From: Octopus vulgaris
Lineage: Eukaryota
Assembly (NCBI GenBank): GCA_951406725.2
Contig: OX597832.1
Span: 9,734,001 to 9,798,000, forward strand
Direction: 5' to 3'
DNA: 64,000 bases
Numbering within the stretch: the stretch's first letter is position 1; each line of letters opens with the position of its first letter. Under the pieces are notes generated by a model. That model was not told the DNA's origin, ran no database searches, and was given only the letters and a program-made list of their open reading frames with translations. This document shows positions 13,183 to 27,422 of this stretch, piece by piece. A program made the position numbers and the translations under genes.

Positions 13183-13190
<8 letters not shown>
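13071..13190 (+). mobile_element. Short structured retroposon 3' fragment with a (CACGTGAT)n tail, inserted in (TA)n
   Basis: ~120-bp GC-richer insert between two pure TA runs. It contains the perfect hairpin acaatgcg-aa-cgcattgt and ends in ggtcacgtgatcacgtgat. Confidence 0.65.
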
Positions 13191-13236
<46 letters not shown>

Positions 13237-14249
13237 CCATTTGAAAACCCCACTAAAATGGGAGAACGCGCTAATATATGATATATGATATGTTATATGA
13301 TGTATAAAAACATGTAATATACAAATAAATATCTGTAAATATAAAACCATCCGAATTTCTGAGTACCTCATTTCTTCTAATATAAAATACCTGTGCATCA
13401 TCTCTAAACCTTCTAATATATATACATATACATACATATACATATAAATTTATATACATATATATATATATATACATATATATATTCACTCATAAACATA
13501 CACACAAAAAGACCTCGTATAATCACACACACACATATGTGTTGCATCCGTATGTATATTTATGATTTTTGGGGACATGTATATAAAAAACTGAGAATAA
13601 CACCTTAGGAACACACACTGACATATATTGTCGATTAGCGTCTGATGGAATCTTTGCCGTAGAGGAAAATAAAATCGAATTTTAAATCATCATTTATAGG
13701 CAGAGATACAATAAAAGTAACTATCGCCGCAGATTTGTCAGCCATATTACAAATAATGTGAGAGAAAGGAACCTCTTACTCCCCACCGTATATTGGAATC
13801 GTACATAGTTTTTTATTGGACAAAGTTGATATTCTCAATACTATTTCACTGAAGTGATTTAATAACTGAGTACAAAAGTAAAGATTTTCTAAGACATCGC
13901 ATATATATAAGCAATAATAAATCTCTGAACGAGGTATATATATATTTATATTTGTGTACATTTATAAATATGCATATTTATATATATGTACATAAATGAT
14001 ACCAATAATTCCATGATTTTAAGACAAGTGATTTGACAGGATTTGCAAAGCCAAGCAATCTGGTGGCTCTGAGCACATGTCTCTTATTTTTTTTATAGTG
14101 AAACCATGCGCTTAGAGCCTCAGATTGCTTGGGGTGCAAGCAGGTTATTGAACGTGAGTTACAAAGTGTCTTAATGGCAAAAAACTGTTGATAACATTTA
14201 ATTTAGCCCGGAGTAATTTATATGTTATATATGCATGTTTATACATGCG

Positions 14250-14550
14250 AGTGGCACTATGTCGGTTACGACGACAATTGTCCCAGTTGACCCGATTAAC
14301 GGAACAGCCTCTTCGTGAAATTAACGCGCAAGTCGCTGAACACTGCACAGACACATGTACACTTAATGTAGATCTAAGTGAGATACAGCATGACGAGGCT
14401 TGGTCTTTGTAATAAAGGGACAATTAAATCTTGCCAGCTAAGTGGACAGCAGCAAACATGTAATAAAATGTTTTGCACAAGCTTATGACGCGTCGCCAGG
14501 AATAGAACTCACAAGCGTAACTCGAACACCATTACCACTAAGTCACACTT
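14250..14550 (-). mobile_element. Decayed tRNA-derived SINE, family 3
   Basis: Minus-strand head with A/B-box remnants (+ strand ggaatagaactcac...accactaagtcac) followed by a cttgtgcaaaacattttatt central domain. Assignment is by recognition only. Confidence 0.6.
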
Positions 14551-15127
14551 AATGAGACAGGATGGGGGGGGGGGGTTATTTTATGTTCATACATGGAGTT
14601 GTGCTTGATGTATTAAATGTCATGTTAGTAACATTTATGTGAATATTCGTAAATTAAATATAACTACTGGAAATGGCTTCCATTATAAATCACACACTCG
14701 CAAAAACATTCGGGCAAACATAACCACATATATACGCATGTATACATACGTATGGCATATATATGGAAATCTATGTATATTTACATATCTGCACATAATA
14801 CTTTATATGAAAATGTATAACATATATATTGCCTCATATTATTTTGATCCCAGTTTTACTAGAATCTATGAATGATTGTCCAAGTATTGATTTTCGAAAT
14901 CTTCAATTTATTTTTATATTTCATTTATGAAATATTTGATGAAAACTGTCATATATAAATAAAGTTAGTGTATTTACATATGTCTGGCGAATAAATAATT
15001 ACGCGTGAATTTAATCAGATGGACATAACTACAGAGGAAATGACATTCACACAGCTACAAGATTTCACGTATACGTTTATATGAAATAAAGATTATATAT
15101 ATATATATATATAATCTTTATTTCATT

Positions 15128-15172
<45 letters not shown>

Positions 15173-15249
15173 CACATGCATATATGCTTGTATACACATC
15201 TAGACACATTTAAATATAGGTATGTGTGTGTATACATATATACACACAC

Positions 15250-15285
<36 letters not shown>

Positions 15286-15632
15286 CATACACACACACAC
15301 AAAAACATATACACACACTCAAATATATGAACGAGGATGTATTCATAAGTATACGTATATTAATATATCGGTCTCCATTTGAGTGTTTGAATATGTGTGA
15401 TCGTTTGTATTCGTGTGTGTATGTATACGAGTGTTTTATTTATTGTATGGTGAGACAGTTAGGTATGAAATTGATATTCTGCTCAATATACATATTTGAC
15501 ACCATATATTTACTGATGTTTTGGTCTTACATATATTATGCATGCAGAAAGCAGGAATAGCACCGCTGGCAGCACCTATGTTCATAGACTCTTCGAGTAG
15601 TAATAATTTATTATTGACATTATTGTTTATTG

Positions 15633-16280
<648 letters not shown>

Positions 16281-19200
16281 GAGCAGAGTACGTTCTTTTA
16301 ACTGTATTTTGATATTTTGTGTAATGGTTATATATTTCTCACTTCTCTAGGCCGGACGTGATAACATATTTGTTTATAAACTGAATGACATACTCAGAAA
16401 CACGTTTATATTCATCCACCCCTATATGCGCGCGTGAAACTTTCCCATGTAAGTGCATATATATTTGCTAGTTATATATATATATAAACACACAAGCACA
16501 CACATGCACACATACATACACACATACATACATACATATATCGGATCGGTACACGAGCAGCCTGCAGCAGTATATTTCAATAAGATCAACCATGTGACTA
16601 AATTGGCTTTCGATGAATTTCGATGTATTCTGTTATTCATAAATATGTGTACTAGAGTAGATAGTCAGAGTGTCGTTTCCCTGTAGATATGTTCGGTAAA
16701 AATTTATTCTATTTTTCTTTTAAATATTCTTTTCAATATTCTGCATAAATTTCCCTACTTTGTATATTTGACACATTCTTTCTAATCTTTTCGAGGTAGT
16801 GCATATGGAGGATTGTAATATATTTCGATGAGTTTTAGTACCAACAGATCTATAACAAGTAACACGATACTATAAGTATTGAAATAAGGGCGGTATTGTT
16901 TTTGTTTTTTGAGAATCTTCAAAAACGAGTTAAGTAGAGTGGAAATTAGTGCGTGATCACCGATCGAAGCCCTAAGATTTAAGGAAGGGGAAATCAAGTA
17001 CATTCCTTCATTCGAATTTGATGTCAAATACTCTGACCCAGTAACTTGCAGTATATTGCGTCACAAATACATATATAGGTATTCATATATCATATCCAAT
17101 ATATCTAGTTTTACACGTTGACTTCCTCATTATGTATTTCCTTTATCTATTTACCTATTCAACCATCAAATACTCAGTACTAGAACAAACAAAATATCTT
17201 TTTTTATTTTATCTCTTCTAGCAGACATATTCGTCAATATCAAAACTAGATTAACTGCAAACGTATCTTTTAATAAAATTCTACTTATACAACTCTCTTT
17301 CTCCTTATGTTTTCAACTTTCTAATATGATTTAAATTATCCTATATTTCATGCAAAGAAGCATTACTGCAGCTATCTTTATTTTCTAATATTTACTTGAT
17401 AAAGTTATTATTTTACCTTCTATATACATCGAAGCGTTAAATATTCATCACTAAACATATTCTATTTTTACAGCAATTATCTGTTTATCCACACAGTTTG
17501 CCAACATATATTACGCACACATTTAAAATAAAAATTGGCATTATCGGTTCTTCAATTCACCCTAGAGCAATGTCACTCTGACATGGATATATATTTGCGC
17601 TATGTGTAACCCATCGCAGAAAGAAGTGAATAACAAATGTAGAGTAAAATGTGAGAGAGATGGAGAATAGAAGATTGTGTCAGAGACCGACGAAGAGATA
17701 ATAAAAACGGCGTGCCCGTTCCAATAATATTATGGCAGAGATTATTTCATTTTCATTATTTTTATTTTCAAATCTCATATATGAAGCAAACATAGCTGCA
17801 AAATGATAGAATCTATGTAAACATTGTACATCGCATACGGTGTTTTAAAACTTCAAATCTAACTACAGGTTAATGGTTATAATATTGCTATCTAACATTG
17901 GCACGAACCTGCTATTTTGAAAGAGAGAATCAATTACAACACTATTTGAGTGGAACTTTAATTTATTGATCACAGAGAGATGAAAGGTAAAAGTTGCTAC
18001 ACTGGGATTGAAATAAGAATGAGAATGTATTAAGATACGAAACAAAGTATTTTAACGCGCCTTTTAACAAATCTCCAGCGAAAATACGCGCCCGAATTTA
18101 GTGCAAATCTAATCATTTTCGCATCACGAAGCAAGAATATTTCCACCTTAGGTCACTTCATTTACTAATTAATGTTCTCCTGAAAGAATTAATTTTCAAT
18201 TGTATCCCTGTACTATATTTCACCCTACAGGTTTGCAAATTCTGTTTAAACGTTTTCCATATATACCGGGATGTTAAATAGACAAAAGTATTTAACGTAA
18301 AAAAAATCAATAGAAATAGAATATGAACGTTTCTATTTATACTGTCAATTCAAATGTCAAAATAATTAAGGTATACAGCGATGGGTTTTGATATTTGCAT
18401 TGATCGATGTAATTACATTTCAGCAAAATGTTTCCGGCTATATTAATTAGTATATTGTATACAATGCAATAGGAGTAAGAATTGTAATTCGGGATGCATA
18501 ACCTCGCCCTGTATAAGTTCTTAGTTATAATTCTACAACAGAAAATTTTCAAAAATATTCGTTTTAGCATCGGAATATACCAGGAAATTGATATAATATA
18601 TCATGTTCTATGCTAATAAAGAAAGTCAAAAGATTTCGACTTCTCTAATTACCTTATTAAGGTGGCAAAAATAAAATAGGAATTCCTTGCATGTTTCCCG
18701 TTTTACTGCACATTGACATTTATCCGTGTAACTCTATAGGGAATATAACTCACATGTACTGCATAGAGGACGCGTCAGATCTTTTCCCATCTCTTATGTT
18801 AAAGAGACCAAACATTGAGATTTCTTATCACTCCTCCACAATATTTTCATTTCTACTTTGAGTAATGTGACGGAAAAATGAAATTACTAACTAATTATGC
18901 CTTATGGTAATTGGCATTGTTTCCTTTGCTATTTTGTTCACCAAAGAAAAAAGAATTTCAAGGTTCATCCACCAATATGTATAAGATAATTACTAGGTTC
19001 AGTAACTATATGGAACATTTTCATTACATTCTTGGGCAAGCATCTTCACTAGTGCTAGGTTTGCATATCAGAGTTCGATGGTGTTCAAAATGACTCTCAA
19101 CATTATTGCCCAACATACCTTATATTATTTGTGTGCCTTGAAGCATATCTTTTGAGAAGACTCAAGTTTATGTAGTGAGGTATTTTTTTTATACATAGTG

Positions 19201-19449
19201 CTTTTAAAATACGAAAGTGGTAAATTATTTGTTATGTAGTAGTTAACTGAAAGTAGAATCGAGAATCTGTTAAACTCTGGTACAACGGAAAAAATAATTG
19301 TTTTGCAGTAGGTTTAATTCAATATTTTAAATCCATTTTTTTTTTATGTTTCATTGTTTTGGGTATCATAAAATCATATATAAGATATCTTGCTTCAATG
19401 ACCATGCTATAGAATAATCACTATGCATATCTCGATTCTCATATAATGC

Positions 19450-19549
<100 letters not shown>

Positions 19550-19659
19550 ACCTATTATCTTAGTCATTATTTCAAAGCAACTGTTTATACTGGAGCACAG
19601 TTCACTCATTACAGCTTGCATTCTATGAGTTCATACCTTACCGTGTGCCCCAACAGCAC

Positions 19660-20329
19660 CAGATAAACCACGCATGACCTTGCAGGTGGGGCCTAGTTAA
19701 AATTTTCTTGTGGTCGAGTAGCCCATCCTACTCAAAAGGTCCCTGAATAAGGATCGTTTAAGGATGTTGAACAAAGCACCCATGTTTCCAAAGGTGAATT
19801 ATCCAAACTTCTAAGAATTCCTTTCAACACTCGGCAATGATGCTCCCCCACTACTTCTACTGGTGATCAGAGATGCATATATCGTTAGCCACTAACCTTA
19901 ACCAGTTGACATGGTAAACTAGTTCAGGTCAAACAATTTGCAAGCAAATGTGTGGTATTGAGCAGAATATTTGAATATTAGACCATTTTTTATACCAAGA
20001 CAAAACAATGTACATGTTAACATTTCCAATCAGTTAAGATCAGGAGTTATGATTGCCACTGTCTGGTACTGTATCAGGGCATCTATTATTATTATATTAT
20101 TATTAACATTATTATTATTATGGTAAACTAGTTCAGGTCAAACAATTTGCAAGCAAATTTGTGGTATTGAGCACACTATTTGAATATTAGACCATTATTT
20201 ATACCAAGACAAAACAATGTACATGTTAACATTTCCAATCAGTTAAGATCAGGAGTTATGATTGCCACTGTCTGGTACTGTATCAGGGCATCTATTATTA
20301 TTATATTATTATTAACATTATTATTATTA

Positions 20330-20427
<98 letters not shown>

Positions 20428-20431
20428 GTTG

Positions 20432-20517
<86 letters not shown>

Positions 20518-20958
20518 GAGTTAGAGAGCAGTTCATGTAATCAAAGTGACACTGGGGTAAAATATACGAAGCCCAATTTACCCATCATGACTACCCGTCT
20601 GATAAGGGCACACCAGGCACATGCATCACAACCATATGTGCGCGACATTGTGATCTCATATCAAGATAAACAGCACATGACCTTGCAGGTGGGGCCCAGT
20701 TAGAATTTTCTTTAGGTTGAGTAGCCCATCCCGCTCAAACGGTCCCTAAATAAGGGTTGTTTAAGGATGTTGAAAGAACCACCCATGTTTCCAGAGGTGA
20801 ATTATTCAAACCCCAAAGAATCCCTCTCAACACATGGCTATGATGCTCCCCCACTACTTCTGCTCATGATCAGAGATGCACATATCGTCAGCCACTAAGG
20901 GACATGCTCAACTGGTTAAGGTCAAACAACTGACAAGCAAATATGTGGTATTGAGCAG
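19660..20958 (+). mobile_element. Cluster of an (ATT)n-associated non-coding interspersed repeat: copy A ~19660-20085, duplicated 3' part 20120-20295, copy B 20518-20958
   Basis: 19660-19975 aligns with 20664-20958 (gcatgaccttgcaggtgggg, gagtagcccatcc, tgatgctcccccactacttct, gatcagagatgca). The copies abut (ATT)n runs. Orientation is assumed from the ATT tail. Confidence 0.8.
19911..20328 (+). repeat. 209-bp tandem duplication
   Basis: 19911-20119 and 20120-20328 differ at about 4 positions and share the same irregular tail. Confidence 0.92.
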
Positions 20959-21345
20959 TTATTATTAATATTATTACTATTATTATCATTACTACTATTG
21001 TTATCATTATTATTATTATTATTGTTATTATTATTATTATTATTTGTATCATTATGACCATCATCGTCGTCGTCATCACCATCATCATACTTGTTGTTGT
21101 TACTGTTAACGCTGTTGTTATTACTAAGTATATCATCACCTATATGGACAATGCTAATATATGTTTAAATTGTATAAGTATTGTAAATTGATATATTTTG
21201 TCTGTGTTGAAATTTAATGAATATTTTAGAGTGTAGATTCTAGTTTGCCTTTTGAAAATACAACAATTGATTATCATCATCAATTATGCTGTTAACTGCC
21301 CTTACTAATTCAATTTCATTGGTCCACTGCATGTGTAATATTATC

Positions 21346-21426
<81 letters not shown>

Positions 21427-22601
21427 GTATATTCAGACATACACACGCACACAACACAAACTCAGGCGTATATGTGTGTCTGTACATGTGTGCGTGCGCG
21501 TGTGTTTGTGTGTGATTGTGTGTCTAGAAATAATTACTGCATTAAATATATTCATATTCAAAAAATAAAATATCAAATACTGGAAAACATGCGATGCCAA
21601 ATTTATAGGAAAATACTTACATTGAATTTCAAATGCCCAATATTTCGAAAATATGGATTCTTAATGACAATAGCAAGACATGTACTATATATATTTTCTT
21701 GCTTCCTTTCCCATAAAGATAACTTCGATTTTACGCAATAACTGCTGCTGCACTCAGTGCGGTTCAGTAATGCATAGGTTCAGGTTTGTACTTTTTTTAA
21801 TTTTACGTGCAATTTAGGTTAATTTATCATTAAATCATTTCTTTATTCAGATAGCTGCAAGGGTGTAAGTGAACAACAAAATCGAGATTAAACCCGGATT
21901 ATTGTAATTCCCATACGTGCACTAATATGTTTCCTTACAACTAGAAATTTCATAACTGACCTAAATCCTGTTTGCTAAACCTATATTTTACCAGACATTT
22001 TCCGACGAGGAGATTCTAGACTCTACTCTTACGAAATAATCGATTATTTTACAGAAGCAACATGTATGGCTGAATAAAAATAGTATCATAAATATTACAA
22101 CTATCAGTGTTGAAATATGCAAATTACCGCTTACATATTTGGAGAAAATTGAATGAGTTTTATTTCTTGGACGAATTGTTTATCTTTGTTATATTTATAC
22201 TAATTACTGCATCTAGCACACCACAAGTAGACAGTTGTTGTCTCTGGATAGATCTCACATTCGGCTTATTAAATTGAAAAAGAGGTTATAGCATGTTTGT
22301 ATAATTGCTTCCCTGGTGATATTGTTAAGTTTCATGCCTGCCCTTGCTTGTTACTGTTGATATGAATCACAAACCACAATTTCCAATAATTTCTATCTAG
22401 ACTATTCTGCATTCTCATTATATCAGACTATCGGAAACTACTAATGATTCAGTGTGTGTGATAAACTTGTAATTCATGCCATACCAGTGTGCAGTTAGGT
22501 TATATGTATTTTCAACCAATTACTGAAACTGAGCAGAAACTCAATTCATGAGCAATCGTATACCATGAAGCACGTTTTGAAAGCATTAAGTTAACGAAGA
22601 T

Positions 22602-22815
22602 AAGGCAGCGAGCTGGCAGAAACGTTAGCACGCCGGGCGAAATTCTTAGTGGTATTACGACTGAAGCTACGTTCTAAGTTCAAATTCCGCCGAGGTCGAC
22701 TTTGCTTTTCATCCTTTCGGTGTCGATTAAATAAGTACCAGTTACGCACTGGGGTCGATATAATCAACTTAATCCGTTTGTCTATGTGTAGCCCCTTGTG
22801 GGTAGTAAAGAAATA
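22602..22815 (+). mobile_element. SINE family 1, full length, with probable TSD
   Basis: A-box-like gagctggcagaaacgttagc and B-box-like agttcaaattcc, followed by the core gactttgcttttcatcctttcgg. Flanked by taacgaagat and taacgaggat. Confidence 0.92.
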
Positions 22816-23998
22816 AAATAACGAGGATGATATTCTCTGAAATTTAGGGATCCGTTTAATGAGCATCGCTGTGTTGCCGTACTGGCCTCTGAAAAAGTAA
22901 TACCACACGACTTTACATGGAATTTCGTGTAAAGATGAGTGTATTTGTAAATGTAGCACGTTACTGAGCAAAGAAAACTAGCAAATCAAATCAATTTGAG
23001 ATCAACTACGATAACGTCGGCTTTTCTAAATTTCGCAACCAATTTAGTGCAAGAGTGCTCAATATTCTGCTCATTGAGAGAAGACTCAAAATTAGGTTTC
23101 CTCATATGTATACGTTTAAAAAAGAACTGAATTACTGAATTTAAAAAAAATCTTCAGTTACCGTAGTCACTATTCATATCAATAAAGCCCGACCGTTGAC
23201 AAAAACAATTATATGGTGTCTAGGAAGCTTTATCTGCCTTACATAAACACCAGATATTGCCCAAAATGCCTTATATTATTCGTGTGTCTTGAAGCAGATA
23301 TTTCGAGAAAACTCAAGTGCATGTAGTCAGTGTTTTTTTTACACAGTAGAATTTATCTGACTTACATAAGCACCAGATATTGCACTCCATATATTTTATC
23401 TTAACTTTTGTAAAAGTTATCTTTTTCTGTACAGTAAAACACAACACCACATACAATTTATGTGCATCTGTTTATAGAAATACTAAGGACCAACAATGAA
23501 AACCGGCCAAATTACATTCTAGAGATAGCTAGAGTATAGTCAATGATGCATTGAATTGAGAGACTATAAATTCATTGATTGACACTGAATATATTTATGG
23601 GTCCAATATAAAATCTAGCTGATACAGAAGCAATATCACTTCCGAGTGAATCCCAAGTTCAAGGTAAAAGAACGGCACAAATAATAAGGATCGAATATCA
23701 AACATCCGATTTAAATAACTGAATAAATATTAACTTCCAAATTTAGGTTTATTCACATGTAAGCAGCTGAATATCAGACTGTAATTTCAGTAGAAAAGCT
23801 TCAATCTCAATTTTTAACACAAGTTAGTGCCACATCCTCAATTTTGTAAACAATTTCAAACCGTATATTACATATATTTATGAAGAAATGCAGTTTTGCG
23901 AGAGAAAAATACCGAAGATAATACAGATTTCATTCTCTACACGATCGTGAAACAAACACCGTGTCGATAATGTGATACGTTCTACTGCTTGCAGTATG

Positions 23999-24146
<148 letters not shown>

Positions 24147-25178
24147 TTGTACGTATGCGTAAAAACCTATATCTGTGTGTCGACAATCTTTCCTCTGGCA
24201 GAAAGCTACCGCTTAATCTAATGACAGTATTCTAGGTCAATTTTATCTCTCATGTTCTCAGTTTTTCTGTCCCTATCTTTGTCATTGCACAAAGCTGCGA
24301 CTATGCATTTTCAAATTTACCAGAATAAAACTCAATGTTTCTTAACTTTTAACGTACAACGATACTCCTCAATATACTCTTTCCTGTGATACTTTGCTTT
24401 ACTCAAGCTAGCCGATATCTGCGTAACACACACTAGAATATTAAAACAACTGAGTGGATGGAGAAATGAATCAAATTTTATTTGTAGATATATTTGACAA
24501 TTTTATGATTTCTTCTCTCGATATATTATTCTATATTTATTTAGTAAATTTACAGTTAAACTGCATAGTGCATTGGGGCAAGTTGTATTGTACATTTTTC
24601 CGTATTTCTGCGATAGAATTATTTCGATAATATTTCTTCGATTAAATATATTTACAATTGATAATTGAAAATCATAATCTCATGCCTCCCTTATATATTT
24701 TTGTGGAAAAGAAGAGTCTGGGAAGAACTAAATACACATTTACGTTAGTCAAAGTACGATAGCAAGTTAAATATCATATATACTTCCGCGAGGAAATGAA
24801 TGCGGGACAGTAATAGCAAAATTGATTATAACAGGAAATTCATCCATTAGTTTGATATTTAGAACGAATTATATTAAGAATATAAAAAAAAAGGAATGAA
24901 GCTATGCATCTGAAAACTGAAAGGGGGTCAGACGGTGTAGCGTTGAGTAAGGTAACAGCAGAATACAAAAGTATAGATTGAATGACATACTTATTCTAAT
25001 AGATGTTCATAAAACGTCATCTTAATAGGAAAAAATAAGACGGATATTCACATTTAATATCTAATACATACCACGTATACATATGTGTATGTGCACACAT
25101 TAAATCGCATGCACCAATATGTAAATAGTCATGCATATATTCTTACACGCATATGCATATATATGTACATATACATAT

Positions 25179-25298
<120 letters not shown>

Positions 25299-25789
25299 AA
25301 TTGATAGATAGATAGATAATATTCGTTTATGGAAATATGTAGGTGACATTTTCTAAGTACATCTAGGTACATAATTTGTTTTCGAGTGAAAAATAAATAC
25401 ACAAATAAGGAAAGACTAAACATGAAACTTCCGTATATTTAGATATTATATCAATTATTTTTTCGGAAAGAATAATATATTCAGGAGTTAGATTTGTTTT
25501 CAAATGTCGTTATAGAATCTATGTATTCTATACCAATATCACTAATACTTAAAGCTCACTAGCGTGTTTACAGATGGATATGAAGATAAGAAGTTACAGT
25601 TATCTAACTTGACGAGTAATGGAAATTCGCTGAATAGAATCAATGAAGTTGAGAATATAGGGAAGTGTGCTTTCACAACCACTCACACATCAACCTACTA
25701 TCCATGTATGTATGTGTGTGTATTTGTGTGTATGTGTGTGTGCGTGTGCCCATTTTTGTCAGTTTAGAAATCACAGTTACCTCGAAAGC

Positions 25790-26520
25790 TAGGAGGTAAC
25801 GGCTTACACAATCCGCCGTGTTAACAGAAATCAGCAATTCGCTACGACAAATGGAAATGTGTACCTCATGAAATTTAAGACTGTGCTCTATACTAATGGG
25901 CTAAATGACATCATAGCAACATAAAAGAAGACAGCAGTCACTGTCAGCTTCCACTTAGCCCACAGATACAGAACACGCACCGTAATTTGAGAAGTAGAGA
26001 GTTCGATTCACTCTAGTGGCTGTCTAACCACTTTTTATTCATGATCTGAGTAAAGGACTGTTTTAAAATGTGGATATCCTACATTTTAGACGACACTAAG
26101 CGGTTGGTCCAGGACCACTCTTGTGCATTACGAATATCTCACCGGTACCTTTCAAACAGTTGGGATTGACTGATCAGTTGCTTGAGTTTTTTGCGCCTAC
26201 TCTCCCGCTTCTATCAGCTTATCTCAGACAATCACAGCATAGAGGACGAGATGTCCCTTGAAAGGCTTCCAGACGCCCAAATAAATCCGGCCGGTAGTGG
26301 CGTAGATGGCCACCAGTCTCTAGACACCACGTTCATTATTGCCCACGTCCAGGGCCAAGATCCAGTTTCTGATTTCAATAGCTACTGTGAGAAACTTTGG
26401 CTTTGAACAGGTTGATCACACGACATATTCTTCTGAACTGGTCCTATTCGACTCCCCAAAATGAAAAGAAAAATAACCTCGCTGGGAAGCTGTATCGCAG
26501 TGATTAAGATGTCATATCTA
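25790..26520 (-). mobile_element. Fossil Tx1/L1-clade LINE, AP endonuclease region
   Basis: GC-richer island. Frameshifted minus-strand translation gives RLVAIYATTG..PDLFGRLEAF and EWSWTNRL.SS, resembling the L1/Tx1 APE motifs (xVYAP, TW...SxLD). Confidence 0.55.
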
Positions 26521-27106
26521 CCGTTGCAACCAGTTACGTTTGAAGTTTTCTTTGAACAGTCAGATATTAGTTTACCTAGTAAGAATCAATGATAAGTATC
26601 AATATTAATGCATAACTCTAGTATCGCGCCTTCATAGACAGAATATGACTTCTTTTATCCCATCCTCGTACAGTGATACGACTTTCGGGATATTAAATAT
26701 TATTTTCGAGAAGATTAATCAATACAACACCTACAAAAATATATTGAAACATATGTTGCATATTAGACAATTTTCATCTTATCTTTATTGTAAAGAAATG
26801 GCCAGGTAAATGATATATTATATGTAAATAACTGCATTTCTATCGCAGTTACAAAGTATAGTGTCTTATCCAGAGAATATTTTGCATATTATATATATGC
26901 ATTTTAAGTGTAAGCAAACACAGCAATATATATTTGCCTACCTTATATTTTTATTCTTTATTGTTGTATTGAATAATGCGGTTTTCTTTCCTTCACTTTT
27001 TCTCATCATCTACCCACTTCTTCTCTAAATTTTCACTAAATTTTCTTCTTTCCTCTTCTCTTAATACTTCTCCTCCATCATCATATTACTAATTTTCCAA
27101 CACAGT

Positions 27107-27118
27107 TTTCTTCTTCTT

Positions 27119-27212
<94 letters not shown>

Positions 27213-27422
27213 TTCTTCTTCTTTTTCTTCTTCTACTACTACTACTTCTTTTTCTTTTTTCTTATTTTCTTCCATTTCTTATTTTCTTCCATTTCTTCTT
27301 TTTCTTCTTTTTCTTCTTCTTTTTCTTCTTTCTTCTTCTTCTTTTTCTTCTCCTTCTTCTTCTTTTTCTTCTTCTTCTTCTTCTTCTTCTTCTTCTTCTT
27401 CTTCTTCTTCTTTTTCTTCTTC
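27107..27422. repeat. Compound (TTC)n-(TTA)n-(TTC)n microsatellite
   Basis: Directly visible. Confidence 0.96.

Noticed and set aside
13640-13720. CTGATGG followed by a tctttgcc/ggcagaga stem
   Set aside because: No GAAA or stem III at the expected place, so it is too decayed to call.
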